Source of the DNA: Candidatus Omnitrophota bacterium
Lineage (GTDB): Bacteria; Omnitrophota; Gorgyraeia; B26-G9; JBDRCZ01
DNA: 64,000 nucleotides
Direction: 5' to 3'
Assembly (NCBI GenBank): GCA_043821285.1
Contig: JBDRCZ010000073.1
Coordinates: 3,564 to 67,563, forward strand
A program made the position numbers and the translations under genes. The notes under the pieces are model-generated. The model searched no databases, was not told where the DNA came from, and was given only the letters and a program-made list of their open reading frames with translations. This document shows positions 60,036 through 64,000 of the stretch, piece after piece (positions within the stretch are counted from its first letter, which is position 1; every line of letters begins with the position of its first letter).

Positions 60036-60551
60036 TCTTTTAAAAAATTTAAACCACAGAGCACATAGTGCTTACTTTTTTATCTGTCTTAATCCGTGTT
60101 TATCAGGGGTTTTATTTTTTAGCCACGGATTTGCACGGATAAAACACAAATTTTCAAATCATCCAGTTTTTCTTCGCGTCCTTCGTGCACTTAGTGGTAA
60201 AATTTTCTTTCTTTTTTTACAACAAATCACACGAGTGATTAACCATGTAGAACATATAGAACTTGTAAAATTAAACGTGTGTTTTCTATCTCTGTGCGCT
60301 CTGTGGTAAATCATTTTCCACGTGTGCTTATTTAGCTAATTTAAAATGACTTTAATTTTTATACATAAATATTATCTTATTCTCAGAACAGTACCTTAAA
60401 ACAGATAAGCTGCTTACTTAACTATAAGAACAGGTTTGATTTATTCTGCAAGAAAAGGCAGCTAAATTTACGTGAAAACATATATTTTTATACGCTACTA
60501 TAAAGTGTAGCATATAATTTGATTTTGTCAAGGAGAAGAAGGAAATTTTTA

Positions 60552-60580
60552 TTGAAAAAATTTCCTTTTGGTTGTATACT
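60552..60580 (+). promoter_or_regulatory. Putative glnS promoter
   Basis: TTGAAA-17-TATACT. A divergent TTGACA-16-TACACT at 60504-60531 could serve the protease operon. Confidence 0.45.
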
Positions 60581-60708
60581 TAATTAATATTCTTAACAGG
60601 CACGAAGATTTAAGAGAATAAAATAAATGCAATCTGAGTAATTGTAGTTGCTCTAAAAATATAGGAAAGTTTTTGACATAATCAGATACTTATTAGGACC
60701 GCAAAACT

Positions 60709-62400
60709 ATGGATACACAAAAAATACCTGCCAATTTTATCACCGAGATTATTGACGAAGATTTAAGAGAGAATAAAAACCAGGGCCGGGTGCATACCCG
60801 TTTTCCCCCGGAACCAAACGGCTATCTGCACATTGGGCATGCCAAATCTATCTGCCTTAACTTTGGTATTGCCCGGACATACCGCGGACTTTGTAACCTT
60901 CGCTTTGATGATACTAATCCGAGTAAAGAAGATATTGAGTACGTAGACGCCATTAAAGAAGACGTACGTTGGTTGGGGTTTGACTGGGAGGAGCGGCTTT
61001 ATTATGCCTCGGATTATTTTACGAAACTTTATGAATATGCCGTAGAGCTGATTAAAAAGGGCAAGGCCTATGTTTGCGATCTAAGTATAGATGAGATTAG
61101 AGCGTACCGGGGAACGCTGACTGAACCGGGAAAAGACAGCCCCTATCGCTGCCGTACAATTGAAGAAAATTCAGACCTGTTCACGCGCATGCGTAACGGA
61201 GAATTTGAGGATGGCACACGGGTGTTACGGGCAAAGATTGATATGACAGCTCCTAATCTTTGTATGCGCGACCCGGCGCTTTATCGAATCAAACAGGTGA
61301 AACATCACCGCACCGGAGATAAATGGTGCATATATCCAATGTATGATTTTGCCCACTGTCTTAGTGATTCTATTGAAGGAATTACCCATTCTATCTGTAC
61401 CCTGGAATTTGAAAATAACCGTCTATTATACGACTGGATACTATATGCCTTGGAAGTACATCATCCTCAGCAGATTGAATTTGCCCGGTTAAATCTCAGT
61501 CATACGATTTTAAGTAAACGCAAGCTGTTGGAGTTAGTGGCTGAAGGACATGTCAGCGGGTGGGATGACCCGCGCATGCCAACTATTGCCGGACTGCGCC
61601 GGCGCGGCTATACCCCGGAGGCAATCCGTAATTTTTGCGAGTGCATTGGCGTGGCAAAGTTTAACAGTATTATTGATTTGGTCGTACTCGAAAACGCCTT
61701 GCGTGAAGATTTAAACAAGCGGGCGCCGCGGGTTATGGCGGTTTTGCGTCCGGTAAAAGTTGTGATTGATAATTATCCCGAAGGCAAAGTAGAAGAGCTG
61801 GAAGCAGTGAATAATCCTGAGGACGCAAGTATGGGTGTAAGAAAGGTGCCGTTTGCGCGGGTGCTATACATTGAAAGAGAAGATTTTCGTGAACACCCGC
61901 CAAAGAAATTTTTTCGCCTGGTGCCCGGCCGCGAAGTAAGACTGCGTTATGCATATTTCATCAAATGTGTGAATGTTGTAAAAGATGAGCATAGCGGTGA
62001 AGTGATTGAATTACACTGCACTTATGACCCGGCAACCCGCGGAGGGGATTCTCCCGATGGCCGTAAGGTTAAGGCGACATTGCACTGGGTTAGTGCAGAA
62101 CAGGCAATTGAAGCCGAAGTACGGCTGTATGACCATTTATTTTTAACCCGTAACCCGAATGAAACAAAAGAGGGCACGGATTATAAATCCAATCTGAACC
62201 CAAAGTCTTTAGAGACGCTAAGCTCATGCAAAATAGAGCCAAGTATAAAGGAAGCAATCCCGGGCAGCTATTATCAATTTGAGCGGCAGGGCTATTTTTG
62301 TCTGGATACAAAAGACACAACCAAAGACAAAATAGTATTTAACCGCAGCGTATCCTTACGCGACACCTGGGCGAGAATAGAAAAAAGAGAGAAAGCTTAG
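60709..62400 (+). CDS. glnS: Glutamine--tRNA ligase
   Basis: [31 protein letters not shown] and QFERQGYF. Confidence 0.97.
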   Translation: MDTQKIPANFITEIIDEDLRENKNQGRVHTRFPPEPNGYLHIGHAKSICLNFGIARTYRGLCNLRFDDTNPSKEDIEYVDAIKEDVRWLGFDWEERLYYASDYFTKLYEYAVELIKKGKAYVCDLSIDEIRAYRGTLTEPGKDSPYRCRTIEENSDLFTRMRNGEFEDGTRVLRAKIDMTAPNLCMRDPALYRIKQVKHHRTGDKWCIYPMYDFAHCLSDSIEGITHSICTLEFENNRLLYDWILYALEVHHPQQIEFARLNLSHTILSKRKLLELVAEGHVSGWDDPRMPTIAGLRRRGYTPEAIRNFCECIGVAKFNSIIDLVVLENALREDLNKRAPRVMAVLRPVKVVIDNYPEGKVEELEAVNNPEDASMGVRKVPFARVLYIEREDFREHPPKKFFRLVPGREVRLRYAYFIKCVNVVKDEHSGEVIELHCTYDPATRGGDSPDGRKVKATLHWVSAEQAIEAEVRLYDHLFLTRNPNETKEGTDYKSNLNPKSLETLSSCKIEPSIKEAIPGSYYQFERQGYFCLDTKDTTKDKIVFNRSVSLRDTWARIEKREKA

Positions 62401-62848
62401 AAAGATAAATTTATCTCTTTGCCAAAATCACAATATGCTACGAATTTTGTCATTGTCGATGGTATACTAAAAAAACAATAATAATTAACCACAGAGGGCA
62501 CAGAGTGAAAATAAATGCATTATAGGGGTCAGACCGCGCTTGTCCTAGTGTGCAGGGAATTACGAAAGTAGGCATGCTATTCTCTTAATTCATTACATAA
62601 AAAATCATAAATTGTGAATTCATTTATTAATTGTTATAAATAAAAAAATAATCACACGGAGACGCAGAGACACGGAGAAAAAATATAAATCAGGAATAAT
62701 ACAAATGATAGAAATAAGCAGAAGAAAGTTTATTAAAAATCCAAATATAAGAAAACAATTAAATAGGCCTACAAGTTATTATTTGGTATAAATGACGACT
62801 AGTTAAAAACTCTGTGTGCCCTGCGGCTCCGTGTGAGAATAAAAAATT

Positions 62849-62975
62849 TTATAACAAAGCGCTGCAGTGCATTCGTACCGCTTGGGCGCTACGAATTGCT
62901 GAGCGTTGCGTTATAGGAAAATAAATAATGTTTGAAAGCCTATCAGTTTTCAAATCGGTTATTTTCGTGTTATGG
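62849..62975 (+). other. Integrase-less attC site plus half attC (CALIN remnant)
   Basis: TTATAAC...GTTATAG (62849-62916) is close to attC6; 62931-62975 matches the right half of attC1. Confidence 0.8.
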
Positions 62976-64000
62976 AGATAAGAATTAATAAAATTTGCCT
63001 GTCTTTTTTTATGCTTATACACCTTTTCACTGTCAATTGTTTTGCCGAATCTTCTAACCATAACCCTTTTGGGATAGGGACATTTCTCAGTTGGAACGAT
63101 TCTTGGAATAATTATATGTATAAAGATGAAAAAGATATTAATCGAGCGATTAATTCTTTAAAGGATCTAGGTATTTCCATTATCCGGAATGAATTCTCAT
63201 GGAATGAAATCGAAATAAAAAAGGGCGTTTTCGATTTTAAACGATATGACTATATTGTAAAGGTATGTCGGCAAAACAATATCGAAATTTTAGGTATCTT
63301 GGGGTATACCGCACCCTGGACCGGCCAAGCGTGGAATGATGCTCCCCAGGACGAAACGCTTTTCTTGAATTATGTGCAAATAGTGGTTGATCGTTATAAA
63401 GGCTCAGTAAAATATTGGGAGTTTTGGAATGAACCAGATACGCCAATATACTGGAATCCGCAAGATGAGATGAAAACTTATACACATTTACTCAAAAAGG
63501 TCTATGCGACTATAAAAAAGACCGAGCCTTCTGCCGTAGTTGTTTTAGGCGGATTAGTTAAAAATCCATATTTTTCGCTCAAGAGAATTTTATCATCTGG
63601 AGGAGAGAACTATTTTGATATTTTCAATGTTCATCCCTATGTGGCGCCTCAAGGTAGTAATGGTTTAAAGAAAATAACCTCTTTACTGAAAAATATAGCT
63701 AAAGAATTTGATAAGAGAAACTTAAACAAAAAAATCTGGATAACTGAGATAGCTTGCCCTGGTACAAATCAAATTAACGCTTGTAGGTGGTGGCTTGGTA
63801 AATGCCAAAATGAGACCGAACAAGCAGAATTCTTAAGGCAGATATATTCTTTGTTGTCTGCTCATGAAAATCTTGAGAAAATATTTTGGGCAATGTTTCG
63901 GGATACGGATCATTTTAAGGATGGAATCGATTCTTTTGGTTTAATACGCTGGAATTATACGCCCAAACCAGCCTATTTTAGATATAAGCAGATTATTGAA
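62972..64000 (+). CDS. Clan GH-A glycoside hydrolase (GH5/GH39-like), 3'-partial
   Basis: Signal peptide, NPFG, WEFWNEPD, NVHPY and IWITE. The frame is open to the end of the window. Confidence 0.85.
   Translation, partial: MEIRINKICLSFFMLIHLFTVNCFAESSNHNPFGIGTFLSWNDSWNNYMYKDEKDINRAINSLKDLGISIIRNEFSWNEIEIKKGVFDFKRYDYIVKVCRQNNIEILGILGYTAPWTGQAWNDAPQDETLFLNYVQIVVDRYKGSVKYWEFWNEPDTPIYWNPQDEMKTYTHLLKKVYATIKKTEPSAVVVLGGLVKNPYFSLKRILSSGGENYFDIFNVHPYVAPQGSNGLKKITSLLKNIAKEFDKRNLNKKIWITEIACPGTNQINACRWWLGKCQNETEQAEFLRQIYSLLSAHENLEKIFWAMFRDTDHFKDGIDSFGLIRWNYTPKPAYFRYKQIIE

Noticed and set aside
59890-60309. 139-aa plus-strand ORF (…ICLNPCLS…SHGFARIKH…LRVLRALSG…LCALW)
   Set aside because: It is a translation of the intergenic repeat arms and overlaps the protease start on the opposite strand.

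Overview
Low-GC bacterial chromosome segment, probably from an anaerobe; the gene content resembles Omnitrophota/PVC-type MAGs (inference only). From left to right: (1) the end of an arsenic-resistance cluster (ArsG-like permease, acr3), a truncated rve integrase, an HTH gene and two damaged N4/N6 DNA methyltransferases. (2) A ~19-kb selenium/molybdenum-tungsten island: NuoEF fusion, selenocysteine-containing FdhA with SECIS, Mo/W ABC transporter, double-cubane reductase plus ATPase activator, a 7/5-type tRNA-Sec, selA, selB, yedE, yedF-like, Cys/Sec lyase, DUF3343 and selD. (3) speD-speE-speD-like and an M28 peptidase. (4) A complete integron (IntI, attI, 9 cassettes) followed by a decayed RHS toxin/SEL1 module. 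(5) An LPS/polysaccharide cluster and a small multihaem cytochrome c with ResB/CcsA. (6) A four-gene minus-strand operon that looks like a donor-strand-exchange fibre tipped by a subtilisin protease; this is the best candidate for an undescribed system. (7) glnS, an integrase-less attC remnant and a partial clan-A glycoside hydrolase. Many intergenic spacers contain several families of short inverted repeats nested inside one another. All calls come from reading motifs by eye; no database searches were run.
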